Shown here: piece after piece, positions 49,737-62,432 of the stretch
Layout of the letters: every line of letters starts with the position of its first letter
Position numbering within the stretch: position 1 is the stretch's first letter
DNA from: Podarcis filfolensis
Lineage: Eukaryota
Assembly: GCA_964270895.1 (NCBI GenBank)
Contig: OZ185436.1
Strand: one strand, 5' to 3'
DNA length: 64,000 nucleotides
Translations under genes and position numbers: made by a program
Notes under the pieces: generated by a model
Databases searched by the model: none
The model's input: the letters and a program-made list of their open reading frames with translations, nothing else
What the model was told of the DNA's origin: nothing

Positions 49737-51030
49737 CTAGGGCAAGGGAAGCAGAAAGAAAATATCAAGGCAGGCTGTGGCTGTACATGGCATTTTTGTA
49801 ATGTAACTTTTGAGGCCTGGGTGCAGAGAATTAGGAATTAGCATTATTCAGCTTACACATTACTCCAATAATTTAAGCCTTTCCGTTTTTTTATATATAT
49901 ATATAAAATCACTGCTTACAATTATTATTTTTTAAAGAAAAACGGAAGAAAGCACAAATTTAAATAGGATACCTGCAGAATTACAATTACAAAATGTTTG
50001 CACATTTCTTTTCATCTTCTCCTTAGTCCTTTTCAGAAGTGCTTTGCATGCCTGACTGCCCCACCCCTAACATCCCCAGGGGCTCCACACTTCTAAGTTC
50101 CCAGGTTCAGTACAAGAGGAGTCTGTGCACACAGACTTCTCCATATGAATGAAAGCCCTGTGCATTGGGGCTCCTCTTTTTGAACTTCTGCCAAAGATGA
50201 AGAGGTTGGGGGGGCTGTGTTAGAGGACACGGCCACTTGCCTATTGCTCTTCCCTATTCTTCTGAAGGTCTAGTCAATTTGGTTAGGATTCTGGCCTGGT
50301 GATGCAAGTAAAAATTTTTCTCTGCTTCTGTATCAAGTTTTGTGCTTACTCTTGCAGCTAACACTCTAGACGGGTGGCACATTCAGCTTGTGTCTTAATT
50401 CTGACTCGTCAGCATCCAGTTTGAACTAAACTAAAAAGCCCTTGCAGAGTTAGCATAACACGGAAGGAACCTTAACAAAAAGATGACAAACTGCTGTGCA
50501 TGTGGGAGAGAGGTCAAGAGAATGACGGGGGGGACGGGGACCTTAATGCCAGACGACTTGGGGTTCCAGTGAAACAGATGACTACTAGGGCTTTTGTTGC
50601 ATATTTTAGGGAGATTTCTGCTTTCACCCATACCTTTTCCAAGACATTTTATGTGCATCTTTCACTTAGCAACCATAATATGTAACAAAAAAGTAAAGGA
50701 GGTGGGAAAGATCTTGCAGGGGGGGAAATGGGGGGTATAAAACAAGAGCGAGAAAGAGGAAGGTAAGTGAGAACAATCTAACACAATTAGCTCAGCTTGT
50801 GTTAACCGAAGACAAGACTCTGAAGAAACACTCCCTGGTCAACAGGGTGCAAGACTGTTCCACTGATGAAGCCTTGCCTTGAACTGACCAGATAAGAGCC
50901 AAGACTCACTTCTACCTGAAAACTAGAGGATCGTCCTTACCCCTTTGCTGAACATGCCATCTGGTTGAAGTAACCCTTTGCCAATTGGTAATTAGCTGTA
51001 AAATCATAGAAAGGGGGTGACAATCCTTAC

Positions 51031-51170
51031 CATATTCCAGAACTTGTCAAATGCAACCAAGAACCCACTGCAGACTCCACGAAGTCCTTTGAAAGTTCGG
51101 ACGTGGACATTGACTTTTACACCATCACGGACGCATCGGTGAAGCTCCCCAAGCGGACTGCCTTCGTGAA
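51031..51170 (-). CDS. LSM11: LSM11 exon 2 (Sm1 motif)
   Basis: ttctAG|TT...ATG|GTaagg; 140 nt; (V)[46 protein letters not shown]. Confidence 0.98.
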
Positions 51171-51344
51171 CTAGAATAAATGTAAACTGCCATTACTTTT
51201 TACTGAAACAAATGCCATGGAGAATAAAACAAAACCATTCACTGTTTTAACTCAAAGCATTACAGTGAACTCTGCTTAGGGAAAATGTTACAAATTTATA
51301 CACTCATACCAAGTATCCACTCAGCTGCAATGTCTTAACTAGAT

Positions 51345-51455
51345 TCCTGTACAGCAGGAATAGGAAAGCTTTAGCCCTCCCATTACCCATCCTGGCTGAG
51401 TCTGATGGAAGTTGAGAGTCCAACTACATCTGAAGGGTCATAGGTTCCCCATCCT
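51345..51455. mobile_element. Partial copy of the palindromic hAT-type MITE family
   Basis: GATGGAAGTTGAGAGTCCAACTACATCTGAAGGGTCATAGGTTCCCCA matches the right arm of the element at 28964-29102. Confidence 0.55.
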
Positions 51456-51667
51456 TACTCTAGTCTACAACCTGCTTTGGGGGAGATCTAAGAAACAAAC
51501 TTGCCTTGTTTGCACCAATACTTTTTAACTACTTTTCACTTTTGCCATGATAAAACAAGTTAGTCTTTAAAGTGCTGTGTTCTAATGCAGTTAAGGAATA
51601 ACAAATTTAGCTACGCTTTATAACACTACTGAAGGCTTCAGTTTTCTTATGTCATAGTAACAACATA

Positions 51668-51882
51668 CAGTGGTACCTCGGGTTACAAACACTTTGGGTT
51701 ACAAACTCCGCTAACCCGAAAGTAGTTGCTCTGGGTTGCGAACTCTGCCCCAGGATGAGAACGGAAATTGCGTGCAGGCAGCGGGAGGCCCCATTAGTGA
51801 AAGCACACCTCAGGTTAAGAACGGTTTCAGGTTACAAACGGACCTCCAGAACAAATTAAGTTCGTAACCTGAGGTAACACTG
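51668..51882. mobile_element. Tc1/mariner(Tigger)-type MITE
   Basis: TIRs CAGTGGTACCTCGGGTTAC / GTAACCTGAGGTAACACTG with TA TSD on both sides. Confidence 0.88.
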
Positions 51883-52779
51883 TATAAGCAAAATTGGTCA
51901 ACCTCACCTAGCTATTAAGATTTACATCCCACAAAATCCCAGTAAGTAATATAAAGTGGAACTCAGGCTTATTTAAATCAGAACCAGTGTCTGCAAGGTC
52001 AGTCTTGTCTTATTCTGAACACTGAGCTCCATGGGCTCAAAGTGGAAGACTTGCAGAAAATGATCACGGCTTCACAACTCTTGCACATATCAGTTTGTTC
52101 TTTAGTCCTGTGTGTTTTCAGGAATGCTTACCTGTGGAATATTTTGCTAATAAAGCACTCTGATCCCATCCTAATGGCACTGAATGGCCTATTCACCCTC
52201 TTATCAATCATATCCAGCTGGCACAGTTCCCTAACCCTATCACCACCAAATACAAAGAGATGCTTCTATACTCTGATGATGATTTCTCCAGAGGAGGAAA
52301 AACCCTGTGTTAGATTTGTCTTGGCAGCACATAACCATTCTGTGAACATCAAAAACTATTATGCTCTGCATGTAGCTATTATTTTTCTGTGGCTTAAAAG
52401 CAATGCAGATGCATTGTCAATCATTTGTGCAATCTAGGAGGCTGTAATTACATCCCTAATAGTTCAAAATGGATTTTTTCCCCAATGTAAAGTATGTGTT
52501 TAATACCCCAATTCTAAAGGATAATTAAAAGGCTACTGGGGGTTGTCACCATACAACATAAATATTTTTAGTAGATAATCACTGCCTCTGTAACAAAGTG
52601 CCAATCATCAGCATGGTTCCTGTGGCTTAATTTATACAAGAAAATTATCTGTACCCCATAGTTTGATGGGCAACTATAAGCACACATAGTAGTAGTCACT
52701 TGCCTTAATGGAACCACAAGACCGACAACAAAAACATATCAGAACATGTTTAAAAGAGCTGCATTGGATACTGGTCTAT

Positions 52780-53133
52780 TTCTGGATTCAGTTTAAAATG
52801 TAGACTTTCAACCTTTAAAGCCCTAAACAGTCTGGGAGTCTGGGACCTGGCCATCTAAATAATGGCATTCTTTAAAATCAGCCTCAAAGGCCCTTCTCCA
52901 TGAACATCTGCCTTTGGAGGGTAAGTGCCTGGCTACAAGAGGGAAGGTCTTTTCAGTGGTAACACCCAAATTTTGGTCACCCCCGCTAGACTAATATGCA
53001 AAAGCATCAGGTCAAGTTCATCCTGCTTTCCACTGTTTTAACAATGCCTGAGACTCTTTTAAATGCCTGTTATTTTAATGGCTTTGCCTGGTGTTTTTTA
53101 TGGCTTTTTCTGATGCTTTCATAGTTAGCTTAA

Positions 53134-53165
<32 letters not shown>

Positions 53166-53200
53166 GCGGCAGTAAGGTATGAAAAACGCCTTCTAAGTAA
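52780..53200 (+). mobile_element. L2-clade LINE 3' fragment with (TG)n microsatellite
   Basis: ACCTTTAAAGCCCTAAACAGTCTGGG (TFKALNSLG motif) and GGTCTTTTCAGTGGTAACACC; (TG)n at about 53135-53163. Confidence 0.65.
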
Positions 53201-53262
53201 AACACACACAGAGAGAGATTCAAATAATCCTAAATAGAAAGCAAAAAACCATGTTGGTACTA

Positions 53263-53483
53263 CAGTCGTACCTTGGTTTTCGAACAGCTTAGTGCTCCAA
53301 CGTTTTTGCTCCCAAACACCACAAACCTAGAAGTGACTGTTCCGGTCTGCGAATTATTTAACATCCAATGGGGCTTCCATGGCTTTCGATTGAGTACAGA
53401 AAGCCACGGCTTGGTTTTCGAATGTTTTCAGAAGTCGAATGGACTTCCGGAACGGATTCCGTTTGAGAACCAAGGTACAAATG
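53263..53483. mobile_element. Tc1/mariner(Tigger)-type MITE
   Basis: TIRs CAGTCGTACCTTGG / CCAAGGTACAAATG flanked by TA. Confidence 0.85.
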
Positions 53484-54107
53484 TATTCCATGAACTCTTG
53501 CGCAAACAATAGGAGTCTGCACACACTGCAGTACCAGCATAGTTCAGGGTGTTAAATTACAGCTCAAGAAACATAGGGAGGACACAGGCTGTGATATATA
53601 AACACCAAAAAGCCATAGAAAAGTCTTAAGAGGAGTTCACACAAACACAATAGCTCCTCTAGATTGTGGATAATTTTTATTGCGCAACGCTCTTCTGCTG
53701 TGTCAAGAACAGCCCTCCCATGAGTGGAACAAGCTTTCTGCATCTCTGTATCCAAGCCATTCAAATATAAGCCAGTGTAGTAACAAACTAGCTTATCTAG
53801 CATTCTTCGTCTTGCGCACCAAATCTTCTGGATAAGCAAACTATGTAAATGTGAATGCCAGACATGTAAACATAAATGCCAGACATCCAACAGAGTGGGA
53901 CAGTACTAATGCCTTATTTATGCTTATAAGCAAGGCAAAAAACCCTGACCTATAAAAAATTAAATGATGACACTCACACCTCGGATTATAGCATGTTGCA
54001 AACTGGCATGCATACTAGAATTGTCCTCACAAAATATCAACTCAAAACTAATGTTTCCATTAGTAAGTGAAATTGAGAGTGACCCTGAAAGATGGCAAGA
54101 TTCGTAG

Positions 54108-54236
54108 TAGGGGTAACCAACATGGTGCTCTCTCCATAGGGCTACAATTTCCACCATTCCTGATGACTGACCAAGGCTGGAGCTAATGGGAACTGTAGCC
54201 TTAAACATCTGGCAGGAACCACGTTGGCTACTCCTG
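54108..54236. mobile_element. Palindromic hAT-type MITE (same family as 28964-29102)
   Basis: TAGGGGTAACCAACATGGT / ACCACGTTGGCTACTCCTG inverted ends; internal GGCTACAATTTCCA / TGGGAACTGTAGCC arms. Confidence 0.7.
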
Positions 54237-56619
54237 GATTTAGGAGTATCCGTTTCCCTGCTTCAGCAATCCAGGCTCTAACGTTAGGATCACTTTACAG
54301 GATGGAGCTAGGTCATAGGATTGCAGATCTTCACTCCATATCCCTTATGGCTTCTCTAAGCAGGGTAGAGACCCACTACTCACAGCATGATGACTGAGCC
54401 CCAAGCAACAATGGCTTCTAAACATTATGTGCCAGGGAAGAATTATTCACCATAGGAAGACCCTTTCTGGCACTATCGCTTTCTGGTTCTCCAGCTCTAT
54501 CCATGTGCTGTAAAGACTTTTGGGGAGCTGAAGAATCAGCATAATCTCTTCTCTCTCTTAACAGCTAAACAGCTATATTTTTATGCATGGGAGAGACCAC
54601 ACTATTATTTGGGTTCTTCAATCATTCTTTGGTCTTTCACAAAAGCAGAGAAAATAATTGTTATCCAAGGCTTAAAAACAAGAAAGGAATTTAAGATCTC
54701 TTCCCATGCAGATTATGTAGCTTTATCAGTCTTGGAGCCTGTGAAGTTTCAGAGTTTTATTAAGGTTTATTAACTCTGTAATGCTTCCAGCTACAGAATC
54801 AATGAATCCAAATCAGACTTTTTGCAGCTTAACGAAGGATCAGAAAGAGGCTGAATACAAGAATTCTGTGATATTCTATAGTCTGAGTTTAAGAAGCTAC
54901 AACTAATCTTGGCACTTTCTTGGTAAATCCTTTTTTTTTATTAGTAATCAACTGATAACTGGGTTTTTTTATCAGTAATCAACAAAACTAAATATGATTT
55001 TCAGAAAAGGGGCACATGTATTTTCTGGCTAGGAAGGATTGCCTGTACCAAACAACCTATATGTATCTATCGCCAATTATACTGGAGAAAACAAAAGCAA
55101 AATAAAGAAGTAACACGTCCTTTAAATAGCATGGCTAGATCCATGGGCATCAATGAGTTAAGTCTGCATAAAATAAGCTCTGCATGGATAGCAACTCAGT
55201 GACCCAATAGTAGATTGCTGTAACATAAACTGGCATGAACACTACAGGTAAACCTATCTTGTACATTGAAAAGCTTGGGCAGATGCTCCACTCAAACAGC
55301 TATAGAAGGTCAATGTAGACAGCATGTGGTCAATGCTGCTGCCCATGGTTATATATGCTCAGTTTATTATTTACTTGTTGGATATGGAAACAGAACACAT
55401 ATTTGTTCCTAAAACCATCTACTTTAAAAACAAGTGGCTAGCAATCCAAAGTCAGTTAGGAAAGAAGATTAGAGGTTTTATGATGCAACAACATCTGGGC
55501 CACATACCAAGTCAGCATGTAAGAAAACCTTAAAGACAATGGAAATTTGTAATTTAAGGCCAAACTACATTAGACTGTTGTAAAGTGTCTTTTTTGGGGG
55601 GGGGGGGTGGAATAGGCTGCATGTCTGAGACAGGATAAAATAATAACTTGAAAAAACTCCTCTCTCCTCTTTTTGTTCACAAAGTCTCTCTGCTGGAACA
55701 ACAAGCCTTCTGTGTGTGGAGGAACACAACTGCATACAACCCTATATATCGCTTTTTGGCCCTAAGGTTCCTAAGAAGTGAACATAGTTATCACTTTACA
55801 TTTGGTTAGGAATCACATCTATTTGCTAGTTAAGTGAAATTTACTAGCCAACCTTTTCAACTCTTTAGCCTGAAAAATGGAAACTCATCGCATCAATAAC
55901 AAACAACACTGTACTTGTTCAATTAAGATTTGAGATCTAATTACTGTATTAAGATGCATGTAAACTTTATTTCTGACAGTCTTCTGGCTCTCGGTACAGA
56001 TATTCCAAACCATAATGGAAATCACGATCCCACTGAAATAAGTGGGAGTTTTGCAAAAGGATTTCGTGCATAATCTCAGAACAATCATCATCACACTTCA
56101 AGCTGTGATTCACTTGCCTATCATCATGTTATCACGAGTCACTGCACTATATTTATAACCCTAGGACGGATAGTTAAGAACCTAGATTATAACAATGTAA
56201 AGGACATACCGTTGTTATAACTAGCAGGACATACTGTTGTTTTATCTAGGACAGTGGCATTTTTCAGAAGCAAAAGAGCCTTTCCTCAAAGGCTAGTCTC
56301 TCCTTGAATCGATACTGTAAGTAGAAAATAAGCAAGAGGAGTGAGGGATAAAAGTGACCTCAACAGACCCCCTGTCTGCCACCAAATGCAGGGCATCTGC
56401 TTTGTATTATACATGTCAAGCCACAGAATGTGGAAAAAAACATGTGTTTGATATGGGGGCACAGCAAGCTGCAGAAAGTACCTGACTGGTTACATCTCCT
56501 GGCAGGAGAATTGTGTCTTCACTTCATGCTGTCTCTGAGCTGAGGCCCTTAGGATGCAGTCACTCTTGCTTTGCAACTGAACAGAGTACCTGACCTTTGA
56601 TGTCTAAATCAACCTGTCC

Positions 56620-56912
56620 AGTACGCAACCTCCTGGGGGCCACCTGCCAGCAGTAGGTGGGGCCAGAAGCAAAAGTGGGTGGAGCAATGAATCTGAATAT
56701 TACCTTTGTGCTACACAAAACACCCTTCTCTCTCTTACACCCAGGCAAGCAGGAGGCATTATACAAGTTCAACGACACAGCCAAACCAATGAAAAACATC
56801 CAAGGAGGATGTGAAGCAGAGCTATTGAGGGTGTATCTGGGGAGAGCCCAGAGGGCCAGGCAGAAAGGTCTAGGGGCCGTATAGGCCCCTGGACCTGAGC
56901 TTTCCATCCCTG
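56620..56912. mobile_element. Non-autonomous hAT-like element (family shared with 5010-5345)
   Basis: Shares an exact 20-mer with 5317-5336 in opposite orientation; ends GGACCTGAGCTTTCCATCCCTG (hAT-type terminus). Confidence 0.55.
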
Positions 56913-57210
56913 CTCTGACCAGTACCAGGCCTAATATCCACCATGGACAACATCCCTAAGGCAATACACCTCAACATTTTATGCATCCCAATGCCCTTAG
57001 CAACTGTTCTTGCCAGAGTGTTCCCCAAGGCCGTGGAAAGTTCTCTCACCCTTGTTACTCAACAACACGGTTATGCAGACACGTATTTCAAAATGTTCTT
57101 TGCATGTTGTTACTCAGCCTGAGGGAATATACTGAACAAAATGTCCACACGTCCAGTTATGAACAACATTTATGACCCATTTTTGATCAACCTAATGTCA
57201 ATTACATTTA

Positions 57211-57400
57211 AGCCAGCATGGTGTGGTGGTTACACTGTTTGAGGGGATCCAGGTTCATATTCCCCTTCAGCCATGAGGCTCCCTGCATGACCTTGGCCCA
57301 GTTAGTCACTATCTCTCAGGGTTGTTTCAAGAATAAAATAGGGAGTACAGCCACATGCACCATCTTGTGATCCTCAGCGGAAAGGCAGGATATAAATGTA
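57211..57400 (+). mobile_element. tRNA-derived SINE with L2-type tail (Squam3/MIR-like), degraded
   Basis: AGCCAGCATGGTGTGGTGGTTA (A box)...CCAGGTTCATATTCCCC (B box-like)...ATGACCTTGGCCCAGTTA...GAAAGGCAGGATATAAAT. Confidence 0.7.
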
Positions 57401-58399
57401 GTATATGAGCAAGTAAATTCCACATCAGACCAAGAGGTCCTATTTCCTTACACCAATAATCTTAACGTGTTTTTACACTTTAATCTCTTATCAAAGCACC
57501 TACCTTCCCACACACTGCAGAGCTTCTCCAGAACTCCCTCTTTATTCAGTTCTCCCTCTTGCCCACACCCATGATCTCTTGCCTCAAAATATATCATATT
57601 TTTATCACTCCAAACACTTCACCCCCTCTCTACAGCCTACACACACCCAAATCAAGAAAACACATTCTTCCCACAATGAAGCCACAAACTTTTTTTTTTA
57701 AAAAACACCATGCTTTCGGCTCTTAATTATCTATGGCCTCACATAGATGGAGTTTTAATCGTGCCTTTTGAAAACAGCAATGTCTTTTAGGACCCCCCCC
57801 CCCTTTTTGGCCAGTTTCAATGCAGGTGGTCTTTCATATATTGCAGGTCGTTTTGAGTTACTCTGCCTAAAAAAGCAACCAATGAATTTAATAAGAAAAT
57901 AATCACAACAACAACAAATACCCAGCCAGAACTCCAGAATGCACACGTGTTTTAAAATGTATGTTTCACAACACCAAATGGTGTCTTTTTAAACACTGCA
58001 ATAGCAGCACAGGCTAGTGCCAACTAACACATAAAGAAATCAGCGTGCTATGCAGATTTTTATTTCTGCGGTTTTGCCTGTATGTACACAGTGCTTGTGC
58101 CAAGACCATGCAACACGTACACACGTGGGTCTAAGCCAAGCCAACACATGGGGGACGTGGTGCATCACAGTGCACATGGGCCACAGGCGGGTGTACTTGT
58201 CACATCCATAAAACTGTGAAATGCTACCAGCCAGTGACCCATTTTCAACGTCCAGGCTCCATCCCCGGAATGCCTTTTCCAGTCATAAGAAAGGGCTGCC
58301 TCTGAGCATACGCAGAGTGCATTTCCCTCCCTTGCCCACCAGCGACTTATAGACGTTCACAGCACATACTCCTCTTCAGAAACAAGCCAGCCCAGCTCC

Positions 58400-59500
58400 C
58401 CTTACCGGGCATCCTGGTGAGCACGTTGCGAGGCGCCCTCCTGCCCCGCTGCTGCCTGGCCCGCTCGGCCTCTTCTCGCTCGGGCTCCTTGGCCACCATG
58501 AGGCTGCGGAGACGCTGGATGCGCTCGGGGTCGGCGGGGGGCCGGGCGCCTCGGCTCCGGGCGCGGGGCCCCGCTGGGCGGCTGCCGCGGCCGGCGGCCC
58601 CTCGCTGACGTCCCGGAGCGCGGAGCAGGCCGCGCTGGAAGCTCTCGTACTCGGCCAGGTTGTTGAAGTGCGGCGCGGCCGGGTAAGGCAGCGTCGTGCG
58701 CTCCGAGTAGAGCGCCAGCAGAGGGTCGAAGCGCGGCGAACTCACGTCCAGGCGCCCGGGGCTGGGCGAGCGCTCCGAGCTGCTGCGGCCGCCCGAGCGG
58801 CGGCGGCGCCGGCGCCTGGGCCCTGCGCCGGCCTCCTCCGCCTCCTCCATGACTCCCTGGCCCTGCAGGGAAGGGATCAGCCCGCAGCTCCTCGCTCTCG
58901 CCGCTAAGGGCCGCCCCAGCACCGCAGGCGTCTTCCCGCCTTTCTTAGCGCTGCTTGGCGCTCTCGGAAGACAGCCAGGAGCGAGATTCCCAGCACCTGC
59001 CCTGGGACTGGCGAGCGCCTTTGGGCTTTTCACCCATCGGCTGCCCTAGGAAGTCGTAGCTGCAGCCGGTTGCCGCTTGTCCCCCATCGCGCTGGCCGAC
59101 GCAGGCAACATTATTCCCTCGCTTCTCCCTCCTTACTCGGCGTTAGTTAATCCGAAATAACGCCCGACACCCCATCGCGCGTTTAATACTTCCTGCAGTG
59201 TCCATGATTCCCGTAGAAAAGCTGCATTGGCTGGCCGGATTTGCACAGTTCTCTCTGCAGATCTTCCTCAGAAGTGGCGTTTAATGCCTATGCAATAATA
59301 TATGGCAAGAAAGTCTTACGTCGTGCGAAGGAAAATTGCGCTAACATTTCTTAGAATCCGCAGTGAGCCCAAATGAAGTGCCCAGAAGCGGAAAATCGCA
59401 CTTCGAACGCGGCGTTGCTGCTCAAGAGTAGCGGGATTTCAGGGTGGCGCCTAACCAAGTTCATATGAAATAATCTTAAATACGAGCTGTTACAGCATAC
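58400..59500. promoter_or_regulatory. CpG island / LSM11 promoter
   Basis: Sharp rise in GC and CpG content over exon 1 and upstream. E2F-like TTCCCGCC (58933-58940) and GCGGAAAA (59388-59395); ETS-like CGGAAG near 58965. Confidence 0.8.
58406..58850 (-). CDS. LSM11: LSM11 exon 1 (start codon, N-terminal FLASH-binding region)
   Basis: ATG at 58850 in a strong Kozak context (GTCATGG); donor CCCG|GTaagg; 445 nt; MEEAEE...[16 protein letters not shown]...[10 protein letters not shown]...DPERIQRLR...[10 protein letters not shown]. The four exons total 1053 nt = 350 aa + stop. Confidence 0.97.
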
Positions 59501-59775
59501 TCTTTTGTCGCGTATAGCAACCATTCTATTTGCAGAGGGGGGAAACAATGAGACCTCTTCTATATAATTCAAAGTCAAGAGATTGACAAAATTCAGGGAG
59601 CCATCTGGCACACCCACGCCTGGCATTTAAAAGTGTATATGGTATGTTAAGAATAGCAGGTATTTAACACCTACGTTTTCTATTTTAAAATCATTATTTC
59701 ATTTCATTTTTAAAATAAAAGGGTCGATTCAAATATTGAAGGATATGAATTGGAGGTAGGGGGGGCATCACCTTG

Positions 59776-59852
59776 TTGAAGCTAAGCAGACCCTCAGGGA
59801 ATCAAACGTACACCACCCTGAGTTCCGTGATGTAAGAAAGGTGGCGTATAAT
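59776..59852 (+). mobile_element. Truncated 5S-derived SINE-like element
   Basis: TTGAAGCTAAGCAG (5S internal segment)...CACCCTGAGTTCCGTGATGTAAGAAAGGTGGCGTATAA; related to 20289-20385. Confidence 0.45.
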
Positions 59853-59949
59853 ACCAAGAAAAGGAAATAAAATACTTGCACTGGTCAAGGATCCTGTGTG
59901 AACAGCAGGTCATGAGCCCCAACACCACACTGAAACCTCAGCCAGTATC

Positions 59950-60062
59950 TGATTTATTTTTATGACAACTTTGCTATGTCTGTAATTATGTAAATCTTTT
60001 CATATTGTAAGCTGCCTTGAGCATTGTTTTAACTGTGGAAAGGCAGCATACAAATAAAATGA
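59950..60062 (+). mobile_element. L2-type 3' tail
   Basis: TGTAAGCTGCCTTGAGCATTGTTTTAACTGTGGAAAGGCAGCATACAAATAAAAT. Confidence 0.5.
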
Positions 60063-60079
60063 TGATTGGTTGGTTGGAC

Positions 60080-60611
60080 ACAAGATGAATGGTGGGAGGA
60101 ACCAGCTGGGCAACCACCAAGGGAGGAAGGGAGGGTCAGAACCTAGGCAGTGGTGGTGGGATGGTAAGTGGTCATGGAGGAGAGACTAGGAAGATGAGGA
60201 GTCAGAAGCTGATGGGGTAACAGAGCTCAGTGAGCTGGGAGAGTCTGGCAGAGAGAAGTCAAGAATCAGAGGCAGAAGCTGAAGCAGGCAAGTGGGAGGA
60301 AGGAGGTCAAGAGGCAGAGGTGAGTCAGGCTAGTGAAGAGTCACAGGTGTCTCTCCCTCAGGCTGCAGCAAGCTCCATCCACCATCACTACCAGAACCAG
60401 GAGAGGGATAAAATGGGTGGAGCAAAGATAGGCTGCACGCAGACACAGTCTCCGATTGCTTGCAAGAAGCCAGAGAGGAGGAGACAGACAGCTGTGGAGA
60501 GATGGGGATTTTTAGGCCTAAAACCCAGCCAGGTCTATGAAGATCTTATTTCTCTAGTAATGAGTTAACTCCAGTGTTGAACTGTGATTTACTGACGGGC
60601 GTGCTTCGTGA
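60080..60611 (+). mobile_element. Probable solo LTR (squamate LTR-retrotransposon-like)
   Basis: Purine-rich GAG/GAA tract (GAGTCAGAGGCAGAAGCTGAAGCAGG-like) ending ...CTTCGTGACA (TG..CA-type end). 5' boundary and TSD not resolved. Confidence 0.4.
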
Positions 60612-62270
60612 CAGCCAGACGTTTGTTGATTGATTTGGAGCAGAGGAAAACATACTACAGGATTGTGGAAGCTACCGGTACTTTGTGTTTTACTAGTACC
60701 CTGAAATCAACCAAATGGGGTACAGTACAAAATATATACATTAGAATTAACAGACTGGTTGCCTCTGCATAGCTACTGAGTACAGTAGGAGCATCATAAC
60801 TCAGCTGAGCTTCAGGTCCTTCACTCAAATCTGTTCTTGAGTACCTCAAGCTCTCTTCATTTCAGCTTTCTAAATTAGCGATTTAGGGGAAGGTTATTGT
60901 TGTATACATTAATTGGGAGTTGGACCTCCTTGATCAAACCACCCAGATACTCTGCCCACCCATGATGGAGAGAAAGTAGAACATGGAAGCCTTGAAGTCA
61001 AAGATCTATTTGCATGTTTGCGAGGATATTTGTATGTATGATAGGTAGCAGAGTGCACCAGTGATAGAGAATTGACTTATATGATTCCTGAACTATACAA
61101 GAGAATTATTCCATAAATCAATGCAAAATTTTATTAACATTACAGCAATAATTTAAACACACATTGCTTAGAAGGTTGTTTTTCTTAATGATTAACCTAA
61201 CTATAGCAATGAAGATGTCCACCATTTTAGATAAATTGGTTGATTATTGTTATCTCTTTTTCAAAGTGGCTTTAAGGGACCTTGTCTTCTTTAAAACATA
61301 ATGCAGGAAAGGCAGAGAGTGAGGAATGGAATGACATTAACAAAATATTCCACATAAAACCCTTTTGTCATTATCTCCCAGCATGTATCATTCCAGTCTC
61401 TGCATAGTCAGAGAAAGTATCACATACACTCCATCTCCCCCCCACTCCGGAACAGGTCTTATTACTTCACAGGTCCGGCACAAAGAATGCAGAAGCGCAA
61501 CACAAACTTTTTTTTGAAGAGTAAAGAACTTCCAGTAAGTTGATTGCCACAATCCTCAACAGCAGGAACTGGATAGTTTCCCAGGCAGCAGAAAATTGAG
61601 AGCATGACCTACAAACATATCCTGTTGTGATGCCCCCCCCTTATTCAATAAGTTTATTATTCCAGTTTGGTCACCCGAGACCTTCTCTAATAATCAGTAA
61701 AGCAGCAAGGAGAGAGTCCAAACAATAAATGTATGATTACGGAGGGAAATTATGTTTCCATAGCTTTCAAAAAAGCCATAACTAATTTACACTTGAGAGA
61801 AGACTTCCTAATTAGTTTCAGCCATTTGCTAGGGTATTTTGTTTATCACTCATATAATCCAGAGACATTAGCAACTAGGATAATTTGTAACTTGGCTCCC
61901 TGATGATAGAACTTAATTTGAAGCAAGAGTTTAAATGTTTTCAGTTTTAAATGGGCAGCTCAAAATCTCATGGGACTTGTACCAGTAGAGTGCCTTTGAG
62001 GGCCATAGCCTAAATTAAAGGCATTCCTTTTCAAGTAAAAAGTTTATCAACCTGACAATGATATTATTGTAAGGCACCTCATAATTTTGATGGGAAGACA
62101 TACACATCTATGAAACTATAAAAATGAATACAAGCACTACATGGCTTCTTAAGTGCACCACACAAGTTTACTGAAATATCCATTCTGGGCCAGTCACCTA
62201 TCCGTCTCCCATGGTCCTTGCAGGAGTAAACTGTATGGAGTATTTCACACCAACATCCAGATGGCAAATG

Positions 62271-62432
62271 TCAGCTATCATCAGCTAGGATTTCAGGATA
62301 CTGGTCCCAAAACTGATCCCCAATGATATCACAGTGCAAAGCAACTACTGTAGTCCTTGGCCGGGTCACTTCAACTTCCTTCTCTTCCGTTTCCTCTGGA
62401 ATTTTAATTTTCTTTTTAATGGCTTGATTTAC
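62271..62432 (-). CDS. THG1L: THG1L (tRNA-His guanylyltransferase 1-like) last exon
   Basis: ttatAG|GTA; 162 nt; VNQAIKKKIKIPEETEEKEVEVTRPRTTVVALHCDIIGDQFWDQYPEILADDS*, with the conserved LHCDIIG..FW motif. Confidence 0.97.
   Translation of the reverse strand, partial: VNQAIKKKIKIPEETEEKEVEVTRPRTTVVALHCDIIGDQFWDQYPEILADDS

Noticed and set aside
53963-54088. ATGATGA...CTGA C/D-box-like pair
   Set aside because: Antisense to the host intron, with no terminal stem and no recognisable guide.
58851-59033. 61-codon N-terminal extension of LSM11 in ORF 58347..59033
   Set aside because: It starts at GTG in promoter sequence with no homology; the ATG at 58850 has a strong Kozak context and matches orthologue starts.
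60230-60568. Glu/Ala-rich 112-aa ORF
   Set aside because: TTG/GTG-type start within an LTR-like purine-rich repeat; no protein family similarity.
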